Assembly (NCBI GenBank): GCA_903838675.1
Contig: CAILZI010000111.1
Coordinates: 224-64,223 of the forward strand
Direction: 5' to 3'
Origin: an uncultured Verrucomicrobiota bacterium
GTDB taxonomy: Bacteria > Verrucomicrobiota > Verrucomicrobiia > Verrucomicrobiales > Verrucomicrobiaceae
Length of the DNA stretch: 64,000 bases
Position numbers and translations under genes: made by a program. The stretch's first letter is position 1; each line of letters starts with the position of its first letter. Below are positions 35,312-46,102 of this stretch, piece by piece. Under the pieces are notes generated by a model that ran no database searches, was not told the origin of the DNA, and was given only the letters and a program-made list of their open reading frames with translations.

Positions 35312-35797
35312 ATGCATCCAATGCAGGTCGGTATCATCACTGTTTCCGACCGTGCCAGCCAGGGTGTTTATGAAGATCTCGGTGGTCCAGCCTTGAAGCA
35401 GGCGGCGGATGGTTATGGCTGGGTGGTCGCTGCTGAAGCGATCGTCCCGGACGACCTCCTGCGCATTCAAGAGACGATTCGCTCCTTCTCGGCCCAGGGC
35501 TGTGCTCTCATTCTCACCACGGGTGGAACCGGAATCGCCGGGCGTGATGTCACCCCCGAGGCGATTCGCGGCATCATGCGCGTGGAGATTCCCGGTTTTG
35601 GCGAACTGATGCGAATGAAGTCGCTCGAACTGACCCCGAACGCCATACTCTCCCGCAGCCTGGCGGCAGTGGTCGAGCGCAGCCTGGTCATTGCGCTGCC
35701 AGGGAAACCGCAGGGAGCCGTCGATTGCCTCAGCTTTGTGCTCGGTGCCATTCCTCACACGGTGAAGCTGGCCCAGCGGGTGCCTACGAGCTGCTGA
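35312..35797 (+). CDS. mogA: Molybdopterin adenylyltransferase (MogA/MoaB family)
   Basis: ITVSDRAS...D..G, VPDD, ILTTGGTGIAGRDVTPEA, IPGFGE, LPGKP. Confidence 0.88.
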   Translation: MHPMQVGIITVSDRASQGVYEDLGGPALKQAADGYGWVVAAEAIVPDDLLRIQETIRSFSAQGCALILTTGGTGIAGRDVTPEAIRGIMRVEIPGFGELMRMKSLELTPNAILSRSLAAVVERSLVIALPGKPQGAVDCLSFVLGAIPHTVKLAQRVPTSC

Positions 35798-36136
35798 GTA
35801 CGATAGACACTGCTGTCTGTCGATTAGCGCGCTCGCAAGCCGCATCGCCACTGAATCGACAGCCGACTTTATCATCCGGGTGATTTCGCTGGAGCGTGGG
35901 AGTGACGAGTCGTTTATTCCGATTGCGGTGTCTTTGTGGCAAAGCGGAGGGTTGGTGCTGTTGAAAGCGTTTGGGAAAATCGCACGCCAGTGTGTATGCG
36001 GTGCCACTGATCGACGGGCAAGAGTGCCCATCGTACCAAAGCGGTTCGTGAACTATTCAGCACCACGCACGCATTTTGCGGCTGGACTTGGGGGCAGACT
36101 TTCGATTAAAACTCTACTGCCAGCCAAACCACTCCC

Positions 36137-37516
36137 ATGAAACGCATTCCAGTTTCCTCCCGCCGTCAGTTCCTCACGAAGTCTGCCGCCGCCATCGGCT
36201 TTCCCACCATCATTCCTGCCAGTGTGATTGGGCAGAATGCTCCCTCCAGCAAGATCACCATGGCCGTCTTCGGCTGGGGCATGATGGGGCCGAGCAACAC
36301 GAGCAAATTTCTCCAGGAGCAGGACTGCCAGATTGTGGCTGCGTGCGACATCGACAAACGCAATCTGCAGAAGGCACTGGATACCATCAACGGCGCCTAC
36401 AAGAACCAGGACTGCAAACCCTACCATGACTATCGCGAGGTGATGGCCCGCAAGGACATCGACACCGTGATGCTGGCGCTGCCTGACAACTGGCATGCGC
36501 TCACCGCCATCGAAGCAGCGAAGAACGGCAAGGACATCTATGGTGAGAAGCCGCTGGCGCGGACCATCGCCGAGCAGCAGGCGATTGTGAAAGCGGTGCA
36601 GAAGCACGGGCGCGTCTGGCAGACCGGTTCCTGGCAGCGCAGCGAGGACAATTTCCGCATCGGGGCTGAGATCGTGCGCAACGGTCTCATTGGAAAGCTG
36701 AAGGAAGTTCACGTGGGCCTGCCGAGCGGGCACAACGACTTTGCCAAGACCGGCGATAAGCGCAGCGTCACAGCACCGCCGCCCGAGCTGGACTACGAGA
36801 TGTGGATTGGTCCTGCAACGATGCAGGACTACATCGAGTGCCGCGTGCACAAAAACTGGCGCTGGGACTACAACATCGGCGGCGGTCAGTTGCTCGACTG
36901 GATCGGCCACCATTGCGATATCGCGCACTGGGGAATGGACATGGACAGCAGCGGCCCGAATGAGGTGAGCCCCATCCAGGTGGACATGCCGCTGCGCACC
37001 GACATCTGGAACACCGCCACCAAGTACCGCGCCGAAGCCAAGTATGCGGGTGACATCACCATGACCATCGCAGGCGGTCATCCGGACATCCAGTCAGGCA
37101 CCAAGTGGATCGGCACTGACGGCTGGGTCTATGTGAATCGTAACGGAGCTTACGACTGCTCGAATCCAGCGTTCAAACAGCTGGTCAAAAAGCGGAAGGA
37201 CGAAAAGGATCCGAAGAGCGAGATCATCGAAGTCGCCAAAGCGCCGAAGCTGGGAGATGACATCATCAAGATGCGTCTCTACGAAACCAAGGGGCACCAT
37301 CGCAATTTCCTAGACTGCGTGAAGAGCCGCCAGCCCACCGTTACGCCGGTGGAGACGGCGCATCGCAGTGCCAGCCCGGGTCACCTCGCCCTCATTTCCT
37401 TCCTCACCAACCGTTCCATCAAATGGGATCCTGTGAAGGAAGAGATCCTTGGTGATGCAGATGCCAGCAAGCTGCTGGGACGAGAGTATCGCGGGCCGTG
37501 GAAACTGGAGGTGTAG
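36137..37516 (+). CDS. Tat-exported Gfo/Idh/MocA oxidoreductase
   Basis: SRRQFL twin-arginine signal, PDNWHA, YGEKPL, QTGSWQRS, DWIGHHCD. Confidence 0.92.
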   Translation: MKRIPVSSRRQFLTKSAAAIGFPTIIPASVIGQNAPSSKITMAVFGWGMMGPSNTSKFLQEQDCQIVAACDIDKRNLQKALDTINGAYKNQDCKPYHDYREVMARKDIDTVMLALPDNWHALTAIEAAKNGKDIYGEKPLARTIAEQQAIVKAVQKHGRVWQTGSWQRSEDNFRIGAEIVRNGLIGKLKEVHVGLPSGHNDFAKTGDKRSVTAPPPELDYEMWIGPATMQDYIECRVHKNWRWDYNIGGGQLLDWIGHHCDIAHWGMDMDSSGPNEVSPIQVDMPLRTDIWNTATKYRAEAKYAGDITMTIAGGHPDIQSGTKWIGTDGWVYVNRNGAYDCSNPAFKQLVKKRKDEKDPKSEIIEVAKAPKLGDDIIKMRLYETKGHHRNFLDCVKSRQPTVTPVETAHRSASPGHLALISFLTNRSIKWDPVKEEILGDADASKLLGREYRGPWKLEV

Positions 37517-37528
37517 GCTGATGTGAAA

Positions 37529-37586
37529 ACAGGCTGCCAGCCTGTGCAGATCGCATAAACCGGATGTGAACAGGCTGGCAGCCTGT
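37529..37586. repeat. Inverted pair of the 17-bp palindrome ACAGGCTG(C/G)CAGCCTGT (REP-like); partial copy at 35268-35279
   Basis: acaggctgccagcctgt (37529-37545) is the exact reverse complement of acaggctggcagcctgt (37570-37586). Confidence 0.85.
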
Positions 37587-37600
37587 TTCACGTTCAATGC

Positions 37601-39004
37601 CTACGTGATCACATCGCGGAGAACATTGCCATGCACATCGGTGAGGCGCAAATCCCGCCCACTGAAGCGGTAGGTGAGCTGTTCGTGATCAATGCCCATG
37701 AGGTGCAGCACAGTGGCCCACATGTCATAGACAGTGCAGGCGTTTTCGATGGCGTGGTAGCCGAAGTCATCCGTCGCACCGTAGATGTGGCCAGGTTTGA
37801 CGCCACCACCGGCCATCCAGATGGTGAAGCCGTAGGGATTGTGGTCGCGGCCGTCGGTGCCTTGCGCAAAGGGTGTGCGGCCAAATTCACCGGCCCAGAT
37901 GACGAGGGTGCTGTCGAGCAGGCCGCGTGATTTGAGGTCTTTGACCAGCGCTGCGATGGGTTGGTCCACCTGATGAGCCATGTTGGCGTGGCCTTTTTTG
38001 ATCTGCCCGTGCTGATCCCATGGATTTGGTGCCTGGCCACCACCGAGCGTTTGCGGCAGGCAGCTCAGCTCCACAAAGCGCACGCCACGCTCCACCAGAC
38101 GCCGCGCCAGCAGGCACTGCCGCGCATACGCTGTGAGGGTGGAGTCGGGGCCGTCCATGCCGTAGAGCTTCTTTGTCGCCTCGGTTTCACCCGTGATGTC
38201 GCACAACTCCGGCACCGCGGACTGCATGCGCCGGGCCATCTCGTAATTTGCAATCGCCGCATCCACATGAATGTCATGCTGCGCGGTGCTGGCAAAACGG
38301 TGGTCCATTGTGCCGATGAAGTCGAGCTGCCTGCGTTGCGTATCGCGTGGCTGGCGCGAGCGGATGTTTTTCACCGCCTCCTGCGCATCTGCCTGCACGA
38401 TGCTTGCCTGATGCTGCGCTGGCAAAAAACCATTGCTGAACAAACCCACCCCGCCATGCGGCACGGCGGCACCACCACTTTGTAGCACGATGTAGCCGGG
38501 CAGATCACGCGACTCGGTGCCGAGGCCATAACTTGCCCAGGCACCGGCACTCGGATAGCCAAGAAACGGGAAGCCACTGTGCATGAAGAAATTTCCCTGC
38601 GCATGCTCGCTGAACTTCGCCGTCATGCTGCGGATGACACAGAGCTCATCCGCGACTGTTGCCATGTGGGGAAAGAGCTCGCTCACGGGCATGCCGCTCT
38701 GGCCGCGCTGACGATACTCCCAGTGTGCGGGCTGCACGGTGCCGTTGTTGTTGAACTGTGTTTTCTTCACCTCGACCGGCATGGGCTGCCCCGCGTATTT
38801 TTCCAGCAGCGGCTTCGGATCGAAGGAGTCAAGGTGGGACACTCCGCCGCTCATGTAGCAGAAGATCACGCTGCGGGCCTTGGGTGCAAAGCGCTTCGCA
38901 CGATTAACCGGCGACTCCGCCTGCATCAATCCTGCGAGCGCGGCCATGCCAAAGCCGGTGGAGGCATTGGCAAGAAGCTGGCGGCGTGAAAAGGGGGCGT
39001 TCAT
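37601..39004 (-). CDS. DUF1501 family protein, copy 2 (Tat signal)
   Basis: [48 protein letters not shown]. Confidence 0.92.
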   Translation of the reverse strand: MNAPFSRRQLLANASTGFGMAALAGLMQAESPVNRAKRFAPKARSVIFCYMSGGVSHLDSFDPKPLLEKYAGQPMPVEVKKTQFNNNGTVQPAHWEYRQRGQSGMPVSELFPHMATVADELCVIRSMTAKFSEHAQGNFFMHSGFPFLGYPSAGAWASYGLGTESRDLPGYIVLQSGGAAVPHGGVGLFSNGFLPAQHQASIVQADAQEAVKNIRSRQPRDTQRRQLDFIGTMDHRFASTAQHDIHVDAAIANYEMARRMQSAVPELCDITGETEATKKLYGMDGPDSTLTAYARQCLLARRLVERGVRFVELSCLPQTLGGGQAPNPWDQHGQIKKGHANMAHQVDQPIAALVKDLKSRGLLDSTLVIWAGEFGRTPFAQGTDGRDHNPYGFTIWMAGGGVKPGHIYGATDDFGYHAIENACTVYDMWATVLHLMGIDHEQLTYRFSGRDLRLTDVHGNVLRDVIT

Positions 39005-40419
39005 CAGGCGATGATGTCTTTGAGTACATTACCATGTACGTCTGTGAGGCGCAGGTCTCGTCCGCTAAAGCGGTAGGTGAGCTGTTCGTGATCGATTCCC
39101 ATGAGATGCAGCACGGTGGCCCACATGTCATAGACGCTGGAGATGTTTTCGACAGCGTTGTAGCCGAAATCATCCGTGGCACCGTGAACGTGGCCGCCTT
39201 TGACGCCGCCGCCAGCCATCCAAACGGTGAAGCCGTAAGGATTGTGGTCGCGACCATTCGAACCCTGAGCAAAGGGCGTGCGGCCAAACTCACCGGCCCA
39301 GACGAGAAGCGTGCTGTCGAGCAGACCGCGTGCGCGCAGGTCCTTGATGAGAGCGGCGATGGGCTGATCGATCTGATTGGCCATCTTGCCGTGGCCTTCC
39401 TTGATCGCACCGTGGTGGTCCCAGGGATTGGCTCCGTTTCCTCCGCCGATGTTGTAGGCAAGCGTGCTGAGCTCGATGAAGCGCACGCCGCGTTCGACGA
39501 GTCGGCGCGCGAGCAGGCACTGGCGCGCGTAGGCGGCTTTCTTCGGCTCGGGATCATCGAGGCCGTAGAGTTTTTTGGTCGCTTCGGTTTCGCCGGAGAT
39601 GTCGCAGAGATCGGGCACGGCGGACTGCATGCGCCAGGCCATCTCGTAGTTTGAGATGGCAGCCTCCACGTGCATGTCATGCTGCGTGGTGCTGACGAAG
39701 CGGCGGTTCATCGCGCCGATGAAATCGAGCTGTTTGCGCTGCGTGTCCTGCGGCTGACGTGGACGGATGTTGACGACCGCCTCCGCTTCATCGGCTTTCA
39801 CAATGCTGGCCTGATGCTGCGCAGGCAGGAAGCCGTTGCTGAACAAGCCCACGCCGCCATGCGGGGTGGATGCCCCTCCACTTTGCAGCACGAGGTAGCC
39901 GGGCAGATCGCGCGACTCGGTGCCAAGCCCATAGCTCGTCCACGCACCCGCGCTGGGGAAGCCGAGGAAGGGGAAGCCGGTGTGCATGAAGAAATTGCCC
40001 TGCGCATGCTCGCTGAATTTGGCCGTCATGCTGCGGATCATGCACATCTCATCCACCACCCCGCCGATCTGTGGAAACAGATCGCTCACCTCCAGGCCCG
40101 ACTGACCGTAGCGTTTGTAGTCCCAGTGCGAGGGCTGCACGGTGCCGTTGTTGTTGAACTGCGTCTTCTTCACCGCACCCGGCATCGGCTGGCCCGCAAA
40201 TTTCTTGAGCAGTGGTTTGTGATCGAAGGAATCGACATGCGACACACCGCCGCTCATGTAGAGAAAGATCACGCTGCGTGCTTTGGGCGCGAATTTCTTC
40301 GCGCGATGCACGAGCGGCATGTCTGCGAGCGCCTGCTCTTGCATAAGCCCTGCAAGTGCGGCCAGGCCGAAGCCAGTGGAGGCGTGGGAAAGGAGCTGGC
40401 GGCGATTGATCGTATTCAT
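39004..40419 (-). CDS. DUF1501 family protein, copy 1 (Tat signal)
   Basis: Same motifs as copy 2; TGATG overlap with it. Confidence 0.92.
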   Translation of the reverse strand: MNTINRRQLLSHASTGFGLAALAGLMQEQALADMPLVHRAKKFAPKARSVIFLYMSGGVSHVDSFDHKPLLKKFAGQPMPGAVKKTQFNNNGTVQPSHWDYKRYGQSGLEVSDLFPQIGGVVDEMCMIRSMTAKFSEHAQGNFFMHTGFPFLGFPSAGAWTSYGLGTESRDLPGYLVLQSGGASTPHGGVGLFSNGFLPAQHQASIVKADEAEAVVNIRPRQPQDTQRKQLDFIGAMNRRFVSTTQHDMHVEAAISNYEMAWRMQSAVPDLCDISGETEATKKLYGLDDPEPKKAAYARQCLLARRLVERGVRFIELSTLAYNIGGGNGANPWDHHGAIKEGHGKMANQIDQPIAALIKDLRARGLLDSTLLVWAGEFGRTPFAQGSNGRDHNPYGFTVWMAGGGVKGGHVHGATDDFGYNAVENISSVYDMWATVLHLMGIDHEQLTYRFSGRDLRLTDVHGNVLKDIIA

Positions 40420-43400
40420 TGCAGGTAAATGAACTCCTTCAGGTTAATGAGTGACTGTGCGAGGCTGGTCCAGGACTGGATGATGGAGTCATCTCCGGCG
40501 GTGGATTCGCGGAGGGATTCGAGCTGGCGGGACTGGAGGTCGCGCTGGGATTGAAGTTGGGTGAGTTGTTTGCTTTGGTCGGGAGTGAGTGTGGCTATGA
40601 TGTCTGACTCGGTGATGGAACTGGATTCGATGCGGACGGTTTGCGCGATCTCTGCGGGAGTCAGTGCATGATCATAAAGGCGGGCGCGGAAGATGCGACC
40701 GCTCAGTCCTTTGTTGCCTGCGGGGGTGGCGTGGCGGCAACCGAGGAGGATCTGGGAGGAATCTGCTTCAAAGAAGGCTGCGGGGGCTTTGCGATAGGTG
40801 CGGCCGTAGGGTTTGCCATCGCGGTAGCCGCTGATGGTGCCATCGGGTTGATAGACGACGGCCACATGCACGGGGCGTGTCGCGGCTTCGGTTTCGGCGC
40901 TGCCTTCGAAGAGTTCGCTGCGGTCAAAGAAGTTGCTGCCAGCGACCCAATGCTGCGGGGTCTTCTCGGCAAAGACGATGGAGTCAAACTGTCCGCCGTC
41001 TTTGTGCTGCACGGTGACGACGCCGCCGCCGCGCTGGGTGAGGTTGTCGAGCATGACCCAGGCTTCGAGGGTTTTAGCGGTGAGTGCTTTGGGCAGGGAG
41101 CCGGATTTGGCCATCGACTTGCCATCGAGAACGAGCGCACCGTTTTCGACTCGGGCGGAGCCGACGAGTTCGAGGTTCATGCGGCCCTCGGTATCGCGGG
41201 CATCTTTGTCGAAGGTCCATTCGGCGAGCGGTGCGGGTGTGTTGAGCGGCGCTGCGGGCAGCTTGCGCTGGGCCTGCAGCTTGGTGCGTGCGGGTTCGAG
41301 GAGAGCGGAGATTTGCTGGTTCAAACCGGCCAGCTTTTGCTCCTGGGTGGCAAGTGCCTGTGCACGCACGCTGTTCTCCTGCTGCAAGGCCGCGAGGTAG
41401 GCGAGGCTTTGCTTCACCTCATCCGCCGTGGCTTCGCGGGCGAAGGCTTCGTGAAACATTTCTTTCACGCGCTGTTCGTCCGTAACTTTGGTGGAGCGCA
41501 GCGCCCATTCGCGGGACCAGCGGATGACGTTGTTGTCGTTGAGCAGGGTGAGTGACTGAGCGGGGACGTTGGTGGTGTCGCGCTTGCCACGGGTGCTGAA
41601 GGGCACGGGGGAGTCGAAGGTGGTGAGGAATGGATCGAGGGCGTTGCGGATGACTTTGACGTAGATGCTGCGGCGCGGCACGCCGCTGCCAGTGGATTCG
41701 CCGTAGAGCTTGGGTTCGAGTTTGCCGGTCAAAGCGATGATGGAATCACGAATGGCTTCGGCTTCGAGGCGATGAATGCTCCAGTGACTCAGCAGCTTGT
41801 TTTCGGGGTCCTTCTGCATGGCGATGTCGGAGGCCTGCGCGCTGCGCTGAAAGGCTTTGGAACTCATGATGAGCTTCAGCATGGCTTTGATGGAGCCGCC
41901 GCTGTCGATGAAACGCTGCGCGAGGAAGTCGAGCAGTTCGGGATGCGTGGGCAAGTCGCCGAGTTTGCCGAAGTTATCGACGCTGGCGACGATGCCGCGA
42001 CCGAAGACGTGATGCCAGAGGCGGTTGACAATGACGCGCGCAGTGAGCGGGTTGTTCTTCATGTCCGCCATGTGTTCGGCCAGTTGCAAACGACCGCTGC
42101 CATTGGTGTTGAAGGGCGTGGGATCGAGGGCGTCGAGGAAGCGGCGAGGGACGATATCAGAAGGTTGTTTGTGATCGCCACGGACAAAGAGCGGCGCGTC
42201 CTTGGCATCGGCCTCAATGACGCCGGGGACGCGGGTGGGCATGGGCAGTGCAGCTTCGACTTCGCGGTAGCGTGCGACCAGTTTGGCTGCAGCAGGAATA
42301 TCCTTCATCTGGTTCGGCAGTGTGCCATCCTGAACAAGCCGGTCGAGCGCCTCGGCCTGGCCGTTGCTGAGCTTGCCCTGCTGCCATAGCTGAATGATTT
42401 CTGCGGTGGAGGATTGCGCGCGCGCTTCGCCTGAGGGTGGTGATTTATCCTTGGTGATGACGACATCGGTGAGGCCAAACCAGGAGCGCGCGTCTGCGTT
42501 GTATTCAGCCGGGAGGTCGGCGGAGGTGGTGATCTGAATGAAGATTTCATCACCCTTCCAGAATTCGAGATCGAGCGAGCGCCACTCAAGCTTCGCGTCC
42601 TTGGCCTCGCTGAGCTGAACTGCCTTATGAATTGTTCCGGTGCGCGGGTAGTTCTCCACGACGTACTTGGCTTTCACACCGCCATTGCCAGCCACGCGGA
42701 ACCACAGCGTGCCGCCTTCGCATTTGAAGCGATTTGAAAACACGACCGCGCGTTCCTTGGTGGTGAGCAGATTGCTGAAATAACCGCCGGGATGAATTTG
42801 CGAAACGATGCCGTTGCCTTCAAGCGCGACTGAGAACTCGCCTGGAGGGGTGAGGCTGACGCCATGGGTGAACCATTGATATTTGCCAAGACCGGGATGC
42901 GCAGGGCCAGAGGTCTCATAGGACACGGTCTTGGGTGCTACCTTCAGCCATTGCGCAGCCACGGCGTCTTTGATCTGTTGTTTGAGCTGCGTGAGTTGTT
43001 CGCGTTCTGCTTTGCCGGTGCCAGGCGCATTCACATCAATCACGGCAGGGTGGGTGCTGGTGAAGATGCCGTAGAGGGAATAGAAGTCGGCCTGGGAGAT
43101 GGCGTCGAATTTGTGATTGTGGCAGCGCGCGCAGCTCACCGTGAGTGACTGAAAGGCCTTGGTGACCGTGTCGATCTGGTTGTCCGTGAAGGTGACCATT
43201 TCATCGAGCGAATCGACGGGCGAAAATCCGTGCAGCACCATGCGCAGTTGCGCGATGCCGATGGCGCTTTCGTTGATGCCGTTCTTGATGCGTGGCTTGG
43301 CCAGAAGATCTCCGGCAATGGCTTCCTTGACGAGTTGCGGGTAAGGCACGTCTTCATTGAAGGCGCGGATGAGGTAATCGCGGTACTGGTAGGCGTAGGG

Positions 43401-44126
43401 GATGGCGGGGTCGCCTTCGGAGCCGTAGCTTTCTGCGTAGCGCACCCAGTCCATGAAGTGGCGGGCCCATTGTTCGCCGAAGTGCGGGGACGCAAGAAGG
43501 GCATCGATGCTCTGTTCACCGGAAGGAGGAAGTCCGGTGAGGACGTAACTCATTCGGCGGCGCAGTGTTTGGGCATCAGCGGGCGGTGCGGCGGGAATGC
43601 CTTGTTTGGAGAGTTCTGCGTCGATGTAGTCATCGATGGTTTTGTTCGCAGGCTGCTTCGAGACGGGCACAAAGGCCCACCATTGCTTGCGGCGTTCAAT
43701 GATGCTCTTCCAGTCAGTTTCTTTGGCGATCTCTGCTTTGGAGGGCGGCGTATCGCGTGGATCGGCAGCGCCATCACGAATCCATTGTTCAAAGTCAGCG
43801 ACGACTTTGTCATCGAGCTTGGCCCCGGCTTTGGGCATCTTGATGTCTTCGTGCTCGTGCTTGATGGTTTGCACGAGCAGGGAGCCGGCGGGATCTCCGG
43901 GCTTGATGACATCGCCGGATTCACCACCGGTCTGCCAGCCGGGGCGGGAGTCGAGCACGAGGCCGCCTTTCTTCTTGGTGCCGGTGCTGTGGCATTCATA
44001 GCACTCCTGCGCGAGGATGGGGCGGATCTTCGATTCGAAGAACTCGATCTGTGCAGGCGTGGGTGCTGCGAGAAGCCTGCTGCAAAGCAGCATGGCGGCG
44101 AAGTGTATGACGAGGGACTTTCTCAT
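40416..44126 (-). CDS. Planctomycete cytochrome c / DUF1549 / DUF1553 (PSD1) protein with a LamG-like domain
   Basis: CYECH heme motif, [50 protein letters not shown]; LamG-like TLEAWV...HVAVVY. Start moved to ATG 44126. Confidence 0.9.
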   Translation of the reverse strand: MRKSLVIHFAAMLLCSRLLAAPTPAQIEFFESKIRPILAQECYECHSTGTKKKGGLVLDSRPGWQTGGESGDVIKPGDPAGSLLVQTIKHEHEDIKMPKAGAKLDDKVVADFEQWIRDGAADPRDTPPSKAEIAKETDWKSIIERRKQWWAFVPVSKQPANKTIDDYIDAELSKQGIPAAPPADAQTLRRRMSYVLTGLPPSGEQSIDALLASPHFGEQWARHFMDWVRYAESYGSEGDPAIPYAYQYRDYLIRAFNEDVPYPQLVKEAIAGDLLAKPRIKNGINESAIGIAQLRMVLHGFSPVDSLDEMVTFTDNQIDTVTKAFQSLTVSCARCHNHKFDAISQADFYSLYGIFTSTHPAVIDVNAPGTGKAEREQLTQLKQQIKDAVAAQWLKVAPKTVSYETSGPAHPGLGKYQWFTHGVSLTPPGEFSVALEGNGIVSQIHPGGYFSNLLTTKERAVVFSNRFKCEGGTLWFRVAGNGGVKAKYVVENYPRTGTIHKAVQLSEAKDAKLEWRSLDLEFWKGDEIFIQITTSADLPAEYNADARSWFGLTDVVITKDKSPPSGEARAQSSTAEIIQLWQQGKLSNGQAEALDRLVQDGTLPNQMKDIPAAAKLVARYREVEAALPMPTRVPGVIEADAKDAPLFVRGDHKQPSDIVPRRFLDALDPTPFNTNGSGRLQLAEHMADMKNNPLTARVIVNRLWHHVFGRGIVASVDNFGKLGDLPTHPELLDFLAQRFIDSGGSIKAMLKLIMSSKAFQRSAQASDIAMQKDPENKLLSHWSIHRLEAEAIRDSIIALTGKLEPKLYGESTGSGVPRRSIYVKVIRNALDPFLTTFDSPVPFSTRGKRDTTNVPAQSLTLLNDNNVIRWSREWALRSTKVTDEQRVKEMFHEAFAREATADEVKQSLAYLAALQQENSVRAQALATQEQKLAGLNQQISALLEPARTKLQAQRKLPAAPLNTPAPLAEWTFDKDARDTEGRMNLELVGSARVENGALVLDGKSMAKSGSLPKALTAKTLEAWVMLDNLTQRGGGVVTVQHKDGGQFDSIVFAEKTPQHWVAGSNFFDRSELFEGSAETEAATRPVHVAVVYQPDGTISGYRDGKPYGRTYRKAPAAFFEADSSQILLGCRHATPAGNKGLSGRIFRARLYDHALTPAEIAQTVRIESSSITESDIIATLTPDQSKQLTQLQSQRDLQSRQLESLRESTAGDDSIIQSWTSLAQSLINLKEFIYLQ

Positions 44127-44908
44127 GCCAGGAGCCTCCGGGTGATGGTGGCTGCGGCTTCGAGGCAGAGCTTGCCGGCTTTGTCGAACTGGTCGCGTTT
44201 CAGACGGAAGGAAGGGGACATGACGGTGATGGCGGCAACGGGGTAATGGTATTCGTCGAGGATGGCTGCGGCGACACAATGAATGCCTTCGAGCCCCTCG
44301 GCGATGTCGGTGGCAAAGCCTCGCTTGCGCGTTTTGACGAGGTCGGTTTCGAGCGAATCTGAAGTGGCGAGTGTGGTGGGCGTGTACTGCTTGAGCTGTA
44401 CGGCGGCGAAAAACTTTTCGAGCTCCGATGGAGGGAGGTGGGCCAGCACCGCCTTGCCGGGGGCGCAGGAGTACATGGGCACCTGCAGGCCGACGGTGCT
44501 GCTGACCTTGATCGGCTGCGAAGAGATGCACTGCTCCAGCACGGTCATCTTGTGATTCACGCTGGCGAGGATTTGAGTGGTCTCGCCGGTTTCATCACGC
44601 AGCCATTTGAGGGATTCCAAGGCGCAGACGACGAGGCTTTTCTCGCGCACCACCGGGCGGGAAAGGTCGAAGAGCTTGTTGGTGAGCACGAAGCGTTTGT
44701 CATCCTCACGGCGCTGCAGGTAGCCGCGGCTGTGCAGCGTGCCGGTGATGCGGAAGACGGAATTGACCGGCAGATCAAGCTCGCGTGCGATCTCAGTGAG
44801 GCTGAGTCCGGCGCGGTGGCGGCCGAGGAGTTCGAGGATGGCAAGCGTGCGCTCCGTGCCGGGCGCAAGCGTATCGTCTGTGAGTGGGATGGCGGCTTCT
44901 TTGAGCAT
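44123..44908 (-). CDS. IclR-family transcriptional regulator
   Basis: ERTLAILELL...SLTEIARELDLPVNSVFRITGTL HTH; PMYSCAPGKAVLA; GIHCVAAAI. Confidence 0.92.
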   Translation of the reverse strand: MLKEAAIPLTDDTLAPGTERTLAILELLGRHRAGLSLTEIARELDLPVNSVFRITGTLHSRGYLQRREDDKRFVLTNKLFDLSRPVVREKSLVVCALESLKWLRDETGETTQILASVNHKMTVLEQCISSQPIKVSSTVGLQVPMYSCAPGKAVLAHLPPSELEKFFAAVQLKQYTPTTLATSDSLETDLVKTRKRGFATDIAEGLEGIHCVAAAILDEYHYPVAAITVMSPSFRLKRDQFDKAGKLCLEAAATITRRLLA

Positions 44909-45011
44909 TCTGAATTTAGAAACGCTCCCACATTTGGAAAACTATCGCACTATCTGGAACAGATGTTCATCGCGTTTGCATTCTCGGCGCTCTCCCGCAT
45001 TCTGCACTGAC

Positions 45012-45443
45012 ATGAGTCAGGAAAAAGACCTCACATTGCTCGGACGTTCTGAAAATCGCCTCCCCGCCTCGCCGGACGTGGCGGTGCTGGAGACGTTTCC
45101 CAATCGCACCCCCGGAAGGAACTACCGCATTCACCTCAGCGCGCCGGAATTCAGCTCGATCTGCCCCGTGACCGGGCAGCCGGATTCGGCGCATCTGGAG
45201 ATTCTCTACATCCCAGAAGCGACGTGCGTGGAAACGAAGTCGCTGAAATTCTATCTGGCCTCCTATCGAAATCACGCCTCCTTCAATGAGGCGATCGTGA
45301 ACCGCGTGCTGGACGACATCGTGAAAGCGTGTGCGCCGAAGCAGGTGGTGGTGCGTGGCAAATTTGGCGCGCGTGGCGGCATTCAGCTCACCTGCGAGGC
45401 ACGGTATCCTGATCTGGAAGAAACCCTGCGTCTGCCGGAATGA
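45012..45443 (+). CDS. queF: PreQ0 reductase (type I QueF)
   Basis: EFSSICPVTGQPD (catalytic Cys), ETKSLKFYL, ARGGI. Start moved to ATG 45012. Confidence 0.92.
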   Translation: MSQEKDLTLLGRSENRLPASPDVAVLETFPNRTPGRNYRIHLSAPEFSSICPVTGQPDSAHLEILYIPEATCVETKSLKFYLASYRNHASFNEAIVNRVLDDIVKACAPKQVVVRGKFGARGGIQLTCEARYPDLEETLRLPE

Positions 45444-46102
45444 AAACGGTCGTGCTGCTCTCTGGCGGGATGGACTCGGTGACGGCGCTGCACTGGGCGC
45501 TGCGGGAGCATGAGGTCGTGGGAGCGGTGAGTTTTGACTACGGTGCGAAGCACAACCACCGCGAGATTCCACTGGCTGCATGGCAGTGTGCGAACTCCGG
45601 CGTGAAGCATGACATCATCGACCTGGATTTTGTGAACCGGCTGTTTGCTTCCGATCTGCTCAAATCCGGCGGTACGATTCCCGAGGGGCATTACGCCGAC
45701 GAAAACATGAAGAAGACCGTCGTGCCGTTTCGCAACGGCATCATGCTTTCCATCGCCTGCGGTTTGGCGGAGAGCTGTGAGGCCGAGGGACTCGTCATTG
45801 CTGCGCACGCTGGAGATCACACCATCTACCCCGACTGCCGGGAGCCTTTCATGGAGGGAATGGCTGCGGCGATGCGTGAGGGCACCTACGCCCGGATCGA
45901 GCTGCTGCGTCCGTTCATTCATCTCGACAAAGCAGGCATCGCCAAACTCGGCGATAATCTGGGGGTGGATTACGGCAGGACGTGGTCGTGCTACAAGGGC
46001 GGAGACTTGCACTGCGGGAAGTGCGGCACGTGTGTGGAGCGCATCGAGGCGTTTGTGCTCGCGGGCCTCCCGGACCCGACGATCTACGAGACCAATTCTT
46101 GA
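45440..46102 (+). CDS. queC: 7-cyano-7-deazaguanine synthase
   Basis: LLSGGMDS, FDYGAKH, TVVPFRN, YPDCR, TWSCY...CGKCGTC; ATGA overlap with queF. Confidence 0.95.
   Translation: MKTVVLLSGGMDSVTALHWALREHEVVGAVSFDYGAKHNHREIPLAAWQCANSGVKHDIIDLDFVNRLFASDLLKSGGTIPEGHYADENMKKTVVPFRNGIMLSIACGLAESCEAEGLVIAAHAGDHTIYPDCREPFMEGMAAAMREGTYARIELLRPFIHLDKAGIAKLGDNLGVDYGRTWSCYKGGDLHCGKCGTCVERIEAFVLAGLPDPTIYETNS

Noticed and set aside
35798-36136. ORFs or ncRNA in the mogA to oxidoreductase gap
   Set aside because: Short ORFs on both strands lack motifs and typical codon usage; no clear structure.
44127-44531. N-terminal extension of the 1371-aa PSD1 ORF
   Set aside because: Overlaps iclR out of frame; the signal peptide and ATGA coupling point to 44126.
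44909-45011. preQ1 riboswitch before queF
   Set aside because: No AGAGGTTCTAG-type stem-loop with an A-rich tail visible.
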